NCBI GenBank assembly: GCA_018302135.1
Contig: JAGWAE010000001.1
Span: forward strand, 1 to 32,000
Source: Candidatus Woesearchaeota archaeon
GTDB lineage: Archaea; Nanobdellota; Nanobdellia; SCGC-AAA011-G17; PNOQ01
Reading direction: 5' to 3'
DNA: 32,000 bases
Below, piece after piece: positions 24,227-32,000 of this stretch. The position numbers and the translations under genes were made by a program. How positions within the stretch are numbered: the stretch's first letter is position 1; every line of letters begins with the position of its first letter. The notes below the pieces were generated by a model. It was given only the letters and a program-made list of their open reading frames with translations, searched no databases and was not told the DNA's origin.

Positions 24227-25045
24227 TTAACCTTTCCATCCAACTTTCTTCTTCATCAAACTAACTAAAACATCATGTTTTTCTTCAAATGTTTGTCTAG
24301 TATGTTTATACAAAACTCCAATAGGAATTCTTCCATTTCTAGTTGCATAATCCCATTCATCAGCCAATTTCATAGCTCTTTTCATATTACTTCCATTATC
24401 AACTTTATACATATATTTTCTAGCATGATCTAAACTAGGATTAAATATAATACAAGTTTGTAATATTTCAACAAAAGCAAATCCTTTATGTTCTATTGCT
24501 TCTTTAATAATCTTAGCTGTATGCTCAATATTTCTAGCATCACATCTAGCAACAAAACTAGCACCAGAAACTAAAGCCAATTTTATAGGATTTAAAGGAT
24601 GTATTTCATTACCATTAGGTTCTATTTTACTTTTAAAACCAAGTTGTGAAGTTGGAGTAATTTGACCAGTAGTCAAAGAAAAAGACTGATTATCATGTAC
24701 TATCAAAGTCATATCACTATTATTTCTACAAGCATGAATAAAATGCTCCATACCTTCTGAATAAGTATCACCATCACCAGCATAACAAACAACTTTCAAA
24801 TTAGGATTTCCAATTTTAATTCCAAAAGCACTAGCTAACGCTCTGCCATGTAATCCGTAAAAACCACTTAAGTTCAAATAATCAAAAATTTTACCATGAC
24901 AACCAATTCCAGCAACAATAACAAAATCATTTTTTTTATATCCTTTCTTAATTAAACTATTAAAAGCTCTCTTACTAGATTCTAGAATCATATGATTAGG
25001 GCATCCAGGACACCAAGTTATTTTGTAGTCAGTAGATAGATTCAT
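24227..25045 (-). CDS. 2-oxoacid:ferredoxin oxidoreductase, beta (TPP-binding) subunit
   Basis: 272 aa carrying WCPGCPNH, GIGCHGK and YAGDGDTYSEGMEHFIHACRNN, the TPP/Fe-S motifs of POR/KOR beta subunits. Confidence 0.9.
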   Translation of the reverse strand: MNLSTDYKITWCPGCPNHMILESSKRAFNSLIKKGYKKNDFVIVAGIGCHGKIFDYLNLSGFYGLHGRALASAFGIKIGNPNLKVVCYAGDGDTYSEGMEHFIHACRNNSDMTLIVHDNQSFSLTTGQITPTSQLGFKSKIEPNGNEIHPLNPIKLALVSGASFVARCDARNIEHTAKIIKEAIEHKGFAFVEILQTCIIFNPSLDHARKYMYKVDNGSNMKRAMKLADEWDYATRNGRIPIGVLYKHTRQTFEEKHDVLVSLMKKKVGWKG

Positions 25046-25620
25046 TTTTTACCTCTTAATATTTTAGCTCTTGCCTTTCTCCAATCACTTCTAAAAAGCG
25101 CGTATATATTATCATCATAAATCTTACCGTCTGCTTTACAAATAGTTACTTTTTTTCTAGTTCCCTCTCGTTTAAATCCAAATTTTATGGCCATAGAATT
25201 TGAAGCCTTATTATTTGTAAAAACTTGGCTTTCTAATCTTCTTAATTTTAATTTATCAAAAGCAAAATCAAGTATTGGAACTTTAGCTTCTGTTATATAT
25301 CCCTTTTTCCAATATTTTTTATTTATCCAAGAACCTGTAATAGCTGTTTTATTTTGGTAATTAATATTTTCTACGCTTGTTGCGCCTATAACTTTTTTTT
25401 CAGATTTTAATTCAATTACAAAAGTGTAACCCTCTCTCTGTTTTTTTCTCCATTTTTTAATAGTTCTATTAATCCACCAAAGGGCATCTTTTTTCTTATA
25501 CGGATGAGGAACTGTAGCAAGATTTTTTGAGACTTCCAATCCTTTTACTCCTTCGACCACATCTTTCCAATCAGTTTTTCTAGGTTTTCTCAAGATTAAT
25601 CTTTCAGTTTCAAAAATCAT
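25042..25620 (-). CDS. GNAT N-acetyltransferase (RimJ/RimL, Acetyltransf_3-like)
   Basis: 192 aa. The N-terminal ETERLILRKPRKTDW is a hallmark of the family, and the GNAT core follows (WINKKYWKKGYITEA...). Both ends share ATGA stop/start overlaps with the OFOR subunit genes. Confidence 0.85.
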   Translation of the reverse strand: MIFETERLILRKPRKTDWKDVVEGVKGLEVSKNLATVPHPYKKKDALWWINRTIKKWRKKQREGYTFVIELKSEKKVIGATSVENINYQNKTAITGSWINKKYWKKGYITEAKVPILDFAFDKLKLRRLESQVFTNNKASNSMAIKFGFKREGTRKKVTICKADGKIYDDNIYALFRSDWRKARAKILRGKK

Positions 25621-27128
25621 ATTTTTCCTAACTCCTTCCTCAACTCATCAGCCAAAAAAGGCCTTCCATCATATTTCAATATTCTTTTCTCAATTTGAAT
25701 TCCAGTTCTTTCTCTAATTAATCTTCCAAGTTGTCCAGTTAAATTATTTTCAACTAGCACAACTTTTTTAGCTTTCTGAATTTCTTTTTTAATTCTAGAA
25801 CTCATTGGCATTAAATATAAAACTTGTAAAAATTTATAATCTAAGTCTTTAATAGCATCCAATATTACACCTTTAGTACTTCCAAAACCAATAACTAAAT
25901 TTTTGCTATTTTTTTTACCATGAACTTTAATCATTTCAAATTTTTTAACTTCTTTTTTTATTTTACTATATTTCAATAATCTAGCTTCATTATTTTTTTT
26001 AACAATCACAGAATCCTCAGTAGTATTTCCATATTTATCATGCTCATAACTAGTTGCTCTAACTAATCCTTCACCAGGAATTTTTCTAGCAACACTAAAC
26101 TTTATTGATCTATTTGGTTTAGAATCACTTCCGTATTCACCCTCAGCCAAATGTTTATCAGATAATATTATACTCAAACATTTAAATTTTTCAGCTAAAT
26201 AAAAAGATTCATTAGTTTTTTCAATACATTCTACAGGATCGCCCGGAGCAACAACAACTCTAGGAAATTCACCATGGCCTCCACGTAAAGCAATGTTCAA
26301 ATCAGATTGCCCAGAATAAGTTGGAACTCCAGTTGAAGGCCCAGGTCTTGAAGCTAAATAAACAACTAATGGAACTTCAGACATTCCTTGAAAACTTAAA
26401 CCTTCAGTCATCAAATCAAAACCGCCACCAGAAGTACCAATCATAACTTTAGCTCCAGCAAAACTTGCACCTAAAGCAGCATTAATTACAGCAATTTCAC
26501 TTTCTGGCTGTATAACCAAAACTTTTCTAGCCAAATCATTCATCAATGGAGTAGCTGGTGTCATAGGATAAGCAAAATAAACATTCAATCCAGAATTTAC
26601 AGCACCAATAGCAACTCCTTCGCTACCATCTAAAATATTTATTTTATTTTTTAATTTTTTTAAATGATATTTAATTATACTTCCTTGACTATCATAACCT
26701 TTCTCAGCTGCATGTTCTGCCTCTTTAGTTCCAAACTCTTTTTTAATTTCATTTAATAAATCTTGTTTTTCTATTCCTAACAGTTTTATCAAAGCACCAG
26801 CCAAAGCAACATTAGTATTTCTTCCTAAACCAATAAAACTTTGAAAATTTAAAACAATACAATTACGATTTAATTTATTTTCATGTATTTTTGTTGTATC
26901 AATATCCAATGCTAAAATAAAATCAATTTTGTTAGTATAACTATTAATTCTTTCATCAGATATTGTTAAAATATTAAAATTATGTCCTCCTCTAATCAAA
27001 GAAGGATAATCTCTATAATTAAAAGTGTAATAACCTTTTTTTGCTACAATACTAGAAATTATCTTAGATACTTTGTTAATTCCTTGGCCTGCTTGGCCAC
27101 CAATAAGAATGTTAATTATCACCTTCAT
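25617..27128 (-). CDS. 2-oxoacid:ferredoxin oxidoreductase, fused gamma-alpha subunit
   Basis: 503 aa. The N-terminal roughly 165 aa form a gamma domain (ILIGGQAGQGINKVSKI...). The alpha domain follows (GSEGVAIGAVNSGLNVYFAYPMTPATP, GTSGGGFDLMTEGLS, RPGPSTGVPT). Confidence 0.9.
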   Translation of the reverse strand: MKVIINILIGGQAGQGINKVSKIISSIVAKKGYYTFNYRDYPSLIRGGHNFNILTISDERINSYTNKIDFILALDIDTTKIHENKLNRNCIVLNFQSFIGLGRNTNVALAGALIKLLGIEKQDLLNEIKKEFGTKEAEHAAEKGYDSQGSIIKYHLKKLKNKINILDGSEGVAIGAVNSGLNVYFAYPMTPATPLMNDLARKVLVIQPESEIAVINAALGASFAGAKVMIGTSGGGFDLMTEGLSFQGMSEVPLVVYLASRPGPSTGVPTYSGQSDLNIALRGGHGEFPRVVVAPGDPVECIEKTNESFYLAEKFKCLSIILSDKHLAEGEYGSDSKPNRSIKFSVARKIPGEGLVRATSYEHDKYGNTTEDSVIVKKNNEARLLKYSKIKKEVKKFEMIKVHGKKNSKNLVIGFGSTKGVILDAIKDLDYKFLQVLYLMPMSSRIKKEIQKAKKVVLVENNLTGQLGRLIRERTGIQIEKRILKYDGRPFLADELRKELGKI

Positions 27129-27156
27129 TTAATTTTTGAAAACTAGATTTATAAAA

Positions 27157-28479
27157 TTATCTTTTATTATAATACCCAACTAACTTATCCAAAGCACTAA
27201 TAGCTTTCTCAGGGAAATCAAAACTAACTAAATTTAAATTTTTTAAATATTCAGGATTAGAACCAGTAGCAACTAATATCATAGGTTTCTTGTTAAATTT
27301 AGCTATTACTTCCAAAACCTTTTCATCTAAAGTAGGAGTTTGATACAAAACAATAACTAAAACACAATCAACATTTTTATCATTCATTACATTTTCTAGA
27401 GCAAATTTATACCTTTCATCATTCGCGTCTCCAACAATATCCAAAGGATTTCCAATGTTAACAGTTGGGGGTAACTCTTTCCATAATCTTCTTTTAACAT
27501 TTAAAGAGAGTTCAGTCATTTTCAAGTTTTTAGAGAGTTCAATACCATCCGCACTAATAATTCCAAAACCACCACCATTAGTTAAAACTAAAATTTTATT
27601 TCCTTTCAATTTTATTTCTTTATCAAAAAGCATAGCAACATCAAACATTTGTTCCAAACTATCAACCCTAACTAAGTTTAACTGATCAAAGATTCCATAA
27701 AACACTTCTTTTTCACCAGCCATAGATCCAGTATGAGACATAGCAGCTTTGCTACCTTTTTCAGTTAATCCACCCTTCAAAACAATAATAGGTTTTTTTA
27801 TTTTTTTACAAATATTAAAAAACTTTTCAGGATTTTTTATTCCTTCTACATATAAACAAATAACTTTAGTATGTTTATCTTTATTCAAATATTGAAGTAA
27901 ATCTGACTCATTAATATCAACAGCATTACCATAACTAATAAACTTAGAAAAACCAACATGTTTACTAGCCAACAAATCTAAAACAGCTCCACCTAAAGCT
28001 CCAGATTGACAAACAAAACTTACTCCCCCTTTATTTGGCCTTCTCAATTTTTCCTTAGGTATAAATATACAATCTAAATTAGAATAAGCATCATATAAAC
28101 CTAAACAATTTGGTCCAATAACTCTAATGTTATTCTTTGTTGTATATTCTTTTAATTCTTCTTCTGCTTTTACATTTCCAACTTCACTAAACCCAGAACT
28201 AATTATCAAAACATTTTTTATTTTCATATAATTACAATCTTCTAATATACTCATTACCAAACTTTGATGTACACAAATTATTGCTAATTCAATATTATCT
28301 TTAACTTCAGCAACAGAACTATAACATCTAACACCAAGTATTTCTTGCGCATTAGGAGTTATAGGATAAACCTTAAACTTAGCTTCTAATAAATTTTTAA
28401 AAATAACATGCCCAATTTTATTTTCTTCTCTAGATACTCCTATAACTGCTATACTTTTAGGCCTAAAAAACTCTTTCAT
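27157..28479 (-). CDS. acdA: ADP-forming acetyl-CoA synthetase (acetate-CoA ligase, NDP-forming), alpha subunit (CoA-binding and ligase-CoA domains)
   Basis: 440 aa. FFRPKSIAVIGVSREENKIGH is the CoA-binding N-terminus, IGPNCLG is present, and AAMSHTGSMAG is the phosphohistidine loop. Confidence 0.85.
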   Translation of the reverse strand: MKEFFRPKSIAVIGVSREENKIGHVIFKNLLEAKFKVYPITPNAQEILGVRCYSSVAEVKDNIELAIICVHQSLVMSILEDCNYMKIKNVLIISSGFSEVGNVKAEEELKEYTTKNNIRVIGPNCLGLYDAYSNLDCIFIPKEKLRRPNKGGVSFVCQSGALGGAVLDLLASKHVGFSKFISYGNAVDINESDLLQYLNKDKHTKVICLYVEGIKNPEKFFNICKKIKKPIIVLKGGLTEKGSKAAMSHTGSMAGEKEVFYGIFDQLNLVRVDSLEQMFDVAMLFDKEIKLKGNKILVLTNGGGFGIISADGIELSKNLKMTELSLNVKRRLWKELPPTVNIGNPLDIVGDANDERYKFALENVMNDKNVDCVLVIVLYQTPTLDEKVLEVIAKFNKKPMILVATGSNPEYLKNLNLVSFDFPEKAISALDKLVGYYNKR

Positions 28480-28643
28480 CTATATAATTTTTAGATTTTG
28501 AATATATAAAATTATCGTATACGACTACAATAAAACTCTAATCTTAATTATCATAGACGTATAATATTATATAAACTTATAAGTAGTTACAAAAACGAAA
28601 GGTTTATAAATGATTGATTTTCAAAAAGATTAAGGAAATAAAA

Positions 28644-29009
28644 ATGTCAATTAAACAAAAAATAATAAAAACAGTATTACCTTTAACATTAGTTGGTATT
28701 CTAGCTGGATGTAACGCAGAAGGGCCCAAAATAATAGACACAGAAAGAAGAGAGTTTGAAACTTGGGAATTTCCATTCAAAAATTATAAAGCAGGATTCT
28801 ATTTAGTTTCATCTAAACCAGATTCAAATGGAAGAACTTATTTCTATTCAACAAAAAAAGTTCGTATTGGATATACTGTACCTTTAGATGACAGCACAAG
28901 AGTTGCAGTTAACGAGGAAACTGGCTGTTCTTCTACACAACGTTTAGATAGAACTAGTCCATGGGAAAAATGGCACACAATAAATACAGAGTGCCAAGAA
29001 CAATTCTAA
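28644..29009 (+). CDS. Small putative lipoprotein of unknown function
   Basis: The track starts at TTG 28614. The ATG at 28644 gives MSIKQKIIKTVLPLTLVGILAGCNAEG, with a lipobox-like LAGC. An AAGGA element lies upstream. Confidence 0.55.
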   Translation: MSIKQKIIKTVLPLTLVGILAGCNAEGPKIIDTERREFETWEFPFKNYKAGFYLVSSKPDSNGRTYFYSTKKVRIGYTVPLDDSTRVAVNEETGCSSTQRLDRTSPWEKWHTINTECQEQF

Positions 29010-29048
29010 CAGTTAACTATTTAAAACAAAAAAATAAATATTAACTTA

Positions 29049-29675
29049 ATGAGTAAAATATTAAATTCATACGAAGCACAACATTTTCTAGAAAAATATA
29101 TAGATTTACCTAAATCACAATTAGTTAACGTTTTATCAGAAATAAAAATTCAACCACCATTAGTTCTAAAAATAATTTCTGATCAAGCCATTCATAAAAC
29201 AGAAATAAAAGGAGTACGTATTGTTAATTCTAATGAACAATTAGTTAAAGAATTTAACAATTTACAAATTTTATCAAAAAAAATTAATATTAAAGGCATT
29301 TTAGTTCAAGAATTTATAGAAGGTGAACAACTAATAATAGGAATAAAGAAAGATCCAGTTTTCAATCATGTAATTTTATTCGGTCTTGGAGGAATATACA
29401 CTGAACTACTAAAAGATACATCTATTAGAAAATGTCCAATCACAGAAAAAGACGCTTTAGAAATGATTAATAGTCTAAAATCAAAAGAATTATTCTACAA
29501 TTTCAGTAACAAAAAATTAAACACAAAATTATTAATAAAAACACTAGTTAATATTTCAAAAATTCCATCAAAACATAAAGACATACAAGAACTAGATATT
29601 AATCCATTCATATTAAACGAAAAAGAAGGAAAAGCAGTTGATATAAGAATTGTTTTTAATTCTTTACAGTCTTAA
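29049..29675 (+). CDS. acdB: ADP-forming acetyl-CoA synthetase beta subunit (ATP-grasp domain)
   Basis: 208 aa. LNSYEAQHFLEKY...LVLKIISDQAIHKTEIKGVRI...LVQEFIEGEQLIIGIKKDPVFNHVILFGLGGIYTELLKD...ELDINP is typical of the ATP-grasp_5 / ACD beta family. Confidence 0.8.
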   Translation: MSKILNSYEAQHFLEKYIDLPKSQLVNVLSEIKIQPPLVLKIISDQAIHKTEIKGVRIVNSNEQLVKEFNNLQILSKKINIKGILVQEFIEGEQLIIGIKKDPVFNHVILFGLGGIYTELLKDTSIRKCPITEKDALEMINSLKSKELFYNFSNKKLNTKLLIKTLVNISKIPSKHKDIQELDINPFILNEKEGKAVDIRIVFNSLQS

Positions 29676-29766
29676 ATTTAAGACCACTACAAAAGCATTT
29701 CATAGTTTTTGGTGCATTACCATTCAAAACATACAAAGCTCCGCATTTTTCACATTTAACTTCCAT
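29656..29766 (-). CDS. Candidate 36-aa zinc-ribbon mini-protein
   Basis: Hand-translated: MEVKCEKCGALYVLNGNAPKTMKCFCSGLKFKTVKN, with the pattern CxxC...CxC. The ATG is 2 nt after the signal-peptidase stop, and the 3' end overlaps the acdB 3' end by 20 nt. It falls below the track cutoff. Confidence 0.3.
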   Translation of the reverse strand: MEVKCEKCGALYVLNGNAPKTMKCFCSGLKFKTVKN

Positions 29767-29768
29767 TT

Positions 29769-30257
29769 TTAATATAACACTCCTACTAAAACATATTTTA
29801 TTTGTTCAAATCTAACTTTGTTAGGATCATTTACACTAGTATTATCTCCTTTAGTTATAGCATACCATCCGTCCTTATCGTATCCAATATCAATAATTCT
29901 ATGACAAACTAAACCATCAGTCCAACTAGCTTGATAACTAACAACGTCTCCAATTTGCAAATCTAACTCAGACTTAGGCTGAACTTCTATACCAACACTA
30001 TTAACATCCAATAAAGGATCCATAGAATTAGTATCTGTATATTTAGCCCAATTAGCATCATTAACTTTTATTATTATCCTATCTTCATACATTAACAAAT
30101 CACTATCTTGAATTCTATCTGAAGGAGATATTCTTTCCTTAGAAACAAAAATAGAAGGCTTTTCATAGGCTACACTATAAACATCATGTGCTAACCATCC
30201 TATTGCCAAAAGCAATAAGCCAATTAAAATTGCTGTTTTCATAAGATTCTCAGGCAA
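29769..30257 (-). CDS. Signal peptidase I, archaeal/ER type (S26B, Sec11-like)
   Basis: 162 aa with an N-terminal TM helix. It has the catalytic Ser motif NSMDP, the His motif VCHRII and the KGDN box (AITKGDNTSVNDP). Confidence 0.7.
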   Translation of the reverse strand: MPENLMKTAILIGLLLLAIGWLAHDVYSVAYEKPSIFVSKERISPSDRIQDSDLLMYEDRIIIKVNDANWAKYTDTNSMDPLLDVNSVGIEVQPKSELDLQIGDVVSYQASWTDGLVCHRIIDIGYDKDGWYAITKGDNTSVNDPNKVRFEQIKYVLVGVLY

Positions 30258-30308
30258 TTTTAACTATATAAATCTTTCTATTTTAATAACTTAGAAGTAG
30301 TTACAATA

Positions 30309-32000
30309 TCAAAACAATCTCAACGTTTCTAAATTCTTAGGAGCAACAGTTTCTATCTTGTAAGTTTTATGTATAGAGCTAGCCAAATCCAAAACTTTAC
30401 TAGCTTCACCATGAATTACAATGACTTTCTTAGGTCTAGGCATCAATCTAGATATGTAATTCATTAACTGATTTCTATCAGAATGCCCAGAAAATCCATG
30501 TATAGAATAAAGATCCATTTTAACATGTAATGGAAATTGTTTATTTCCATCATTAAACAATATTTCACGTTCACCTTGCTGTAATCTTCTACCTAATGAA
30601 CCCTCACCTTGGTAAGAAGTCAAAACTAAACTATTTTTAGAATTTTCAGCCATTTCTTTGAAATATTCAACACTAGCACCGCCAGTTAACATACCAGAAG
30701 TTGCAATTACTATACATGGTCCAGTTTCTTCTAAAACTTGTTTCATTTCTTTTTGTGAACCAACTGATTTAAAAATAGGAGACAAAAAAGGATTTTCATT
30801 CTTATGGAATATCGCTTGTCTTACTCTATTATTAAAAAAATCAGGATAAGCTGTATGTATTGCAGTCACATCCCAAACCATACCTTGAATATAGATTGGT
30901 ATTTTTGGAAGTAATCCTTCACTCATTGCTTTCTCAATAATTATCATAACTTCTTGTGATCTTCCAACACCAAGAACAGGTAATAATACTTTTCCACCAC
31001 GTTCAAAAGTAGTCTTAATTATATTTAATAAATAATCTTCAGATTCCTTTCTAGTTGCTAATACATCTTCTTTGCTTCCATAAGTTCCTTCAATCATCAA
31101 AGTTTCTAATCTTGGAAATCTAGTATTTGCTGGTGCTAATAAATTACTCAACTCATAATTCATATCTCCAGTATAAACAAAATTATGTTGCCCTTCCCCA
31201 ATATGAAAATGACATAATGAACTACCTAAATTATGACCTGCATTATAAAAAGTAAGTCTTATATCTGGTGTAATATCAGTAACTTCTTCATAATCTAATG
31301 TAATAGTATGTTTTACAAATTCTTTAATATCATTAGAACCATATAAAATAGCCTTAGTTTCTTTTTGGCCTATTGAAATTAAATCTAAACATAACAATGC
31401 TGCAATATCTCTTGTAGGTTCAGTACAATAAATTGGTCCTTTATATCCATATTTATATAATAAAGGAATTAAACCACAATGATCTAAATGTGCATGACTT
31501 AAAACAACTGCATCTAATTCTTCCATCTTTACTTCAGCTAAATAAGGATATTGATCTTCATCTCTTGCAGCAACATTAATACCACAATCGATTAATATTT
31601 TAGATTCTTCAGTTTGTAATAAAAAGCATGATCTTCCAACTTGTCTTGAAGCTCCTAAGAATGAAATTCTTGCCCAAGCAGTTTTTTTATCTTTCCTTTT
31701 TTGGCCATAAATCCTTTCACCAACTTTATTCAAAAACTTTTTTCTATAATCATCGTTTTCAAATAATACTTGTCTTATATTTTCAATTAATTTTGATCTT
31801 AATGATGGGATTCTTCTAACGATTGGAACCCAATAAGTTGTTCTTTTAATTTCTTTTAAAATTTCTCCAGCTTTACCTATCGCAATTCCTGGTTTTTCAG
31901 CTTCTATAATCACTTGAGACCTTTGAGGATCAAATAAAAGATTTAAATTTCCAGCCTCAGAAGATATCAAATCTTTAATCTTCTTCTCAGCTTTTTCTAT
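30309..32000 (-). CDS. aCPSF1-type beta-CASP ribonuclease (KH domains plus metallo-beta-lactamase/beta-CASP); the N-terminus runs off the window
   Basis: It has the HxHxDH motif (LSHAHLDHCG), the beta-CASP region and the C-terminal IHGE motif. The KH-like segment GIAIGKAGEILKEIKR lies near the window edge, and the frame stays open to position 32000. Confidence 0.9.
   Translation of the reverse strand: MEKAEKKIKDLISSEAGNLNLLFDPQRSQVIIEAEKPGIAIGKAGEILKEIKRTTYWVPIVRRIPSLRSKLIENIRQVLFENDDYRKKFLNKVGERIYGQKRKDKKTAWARISFLGASRQVGRSCFLLQTEESKILIDCGINVAARDEDQYPYLAEVKMEELDAVVLSHAHLDHCGLIPLLYKYGYKGPIYCTEPTRDIAALLCLDLISIGQKETKAILYGSNDIKEFVKHTITLDYEEVTDITPDIRLTFYNAGHNLGSSLCHFHIGEGQHNFVYTGDMNYELSNLLAPANTRFPRLETLMIEGTYGSKEDVLATRKESEDYLLNIIKTTFERGGKVLLPVLGVGRSQEVMIIIEKAMSEGLLPKIPIYIQGMVWDVTAIHTAYPDFFNNRVRQAIFHKNENPFLSPIFKSVGSQKEMKQVLEETGPCIVIATSGMLTGGASVEYFKEMAENSKNSLVLTSYQGEGSLGRRLQQGEREILFNDGNKQFPLHVKMDLYSIHGFSGHSDRNQLMNYISRLMPRPKKVIVIHGEASKVLDLASSIHKTYKIETVAPKNLETLRLF

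Noticed and set aside
28591-30302. A shared 12-mer AAGTAGTTACAA upstream of the lipoprotein gene (about 28591) and downstream of the signal peptidase locus (about 30291)
   Set aside because: In AT-rich DNA of this length, many chance 12-mer matches are expected by my rough estimate. There is no extended similarity around the two copies.
1-32000. Alternative genetic code or stop-codon reassignment
   Set aside because: All conserved genes translate uninterrupted under the standard code and end where family lengths predict. The only exception is the GT2 frameshift.

Overview
This is a visibly AT-rich, very gene-dense archaeal chromosome segment (G+C looks like roughly 30% by eye; I did not compute it). 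Many neighbouring genes overlap by 1-20 nt or share ATGA stop/start overlaps. The archaeal assignment rests on archaeal-type PheRS alpha/beta, a KMSAS-type TrpRS, aCPSF1, an Lhr helicase with its partner phosphoesterase, TrmB, a Dph2 fragment, an intron-containing tRNA-Trp and TTTATAAA-type TATA boxes about 25 nt upstream of starts. The small proteins and compact layout suggest a reduced-genome DPANN-like archaeon, but that is inference only. The window divides into five parts. (1) 43-5920 is a minus-strand surface-polysaccharide cluster: nucleotide-sugar dehydrogenase, a HAS/NodC-like processive GT2 that is frameshifted, a NodB-type deacetylase, an orphan transposase-like HTH and a secreted discoidin-domain protein. 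(2) 6258-12587 holds DNA-repair and housekeeping genes: an AlkD-like protein, a metallophosphoesterase plus Lhr, MGMT, a truncated dph2 remnant and a small RHH cassette. (3) 12567-17041 is a TrmB, hypothetical, pheS, pheT string. (4) 17161-19128 encodes a secreted RHS-core toxin-like protein with an N-glycosylation-sequon repeat stalk, convergent with a membrane TPR protein. (5) 23190-29675 is a compact fermentation module: Pyrococcus-type ferredoxin, a 277-aa minimal [FeFe]-hydrogenase H-domain homologue, a two-subunit 2-oxoacid:ferredoxin oxidoreductase with a GNAT gene nested between its subunits, and ADP-forming acetyl-CoA synthetase alpha and beta. The best candidates for something new are the minimal hydrogenase/OFOR/GNAT/ACD unit, the shell-less RHS toxin and an orphan PD-(D/E)xK-like protein. 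No CRISPR array, rRNA or complete mobile element was seen.
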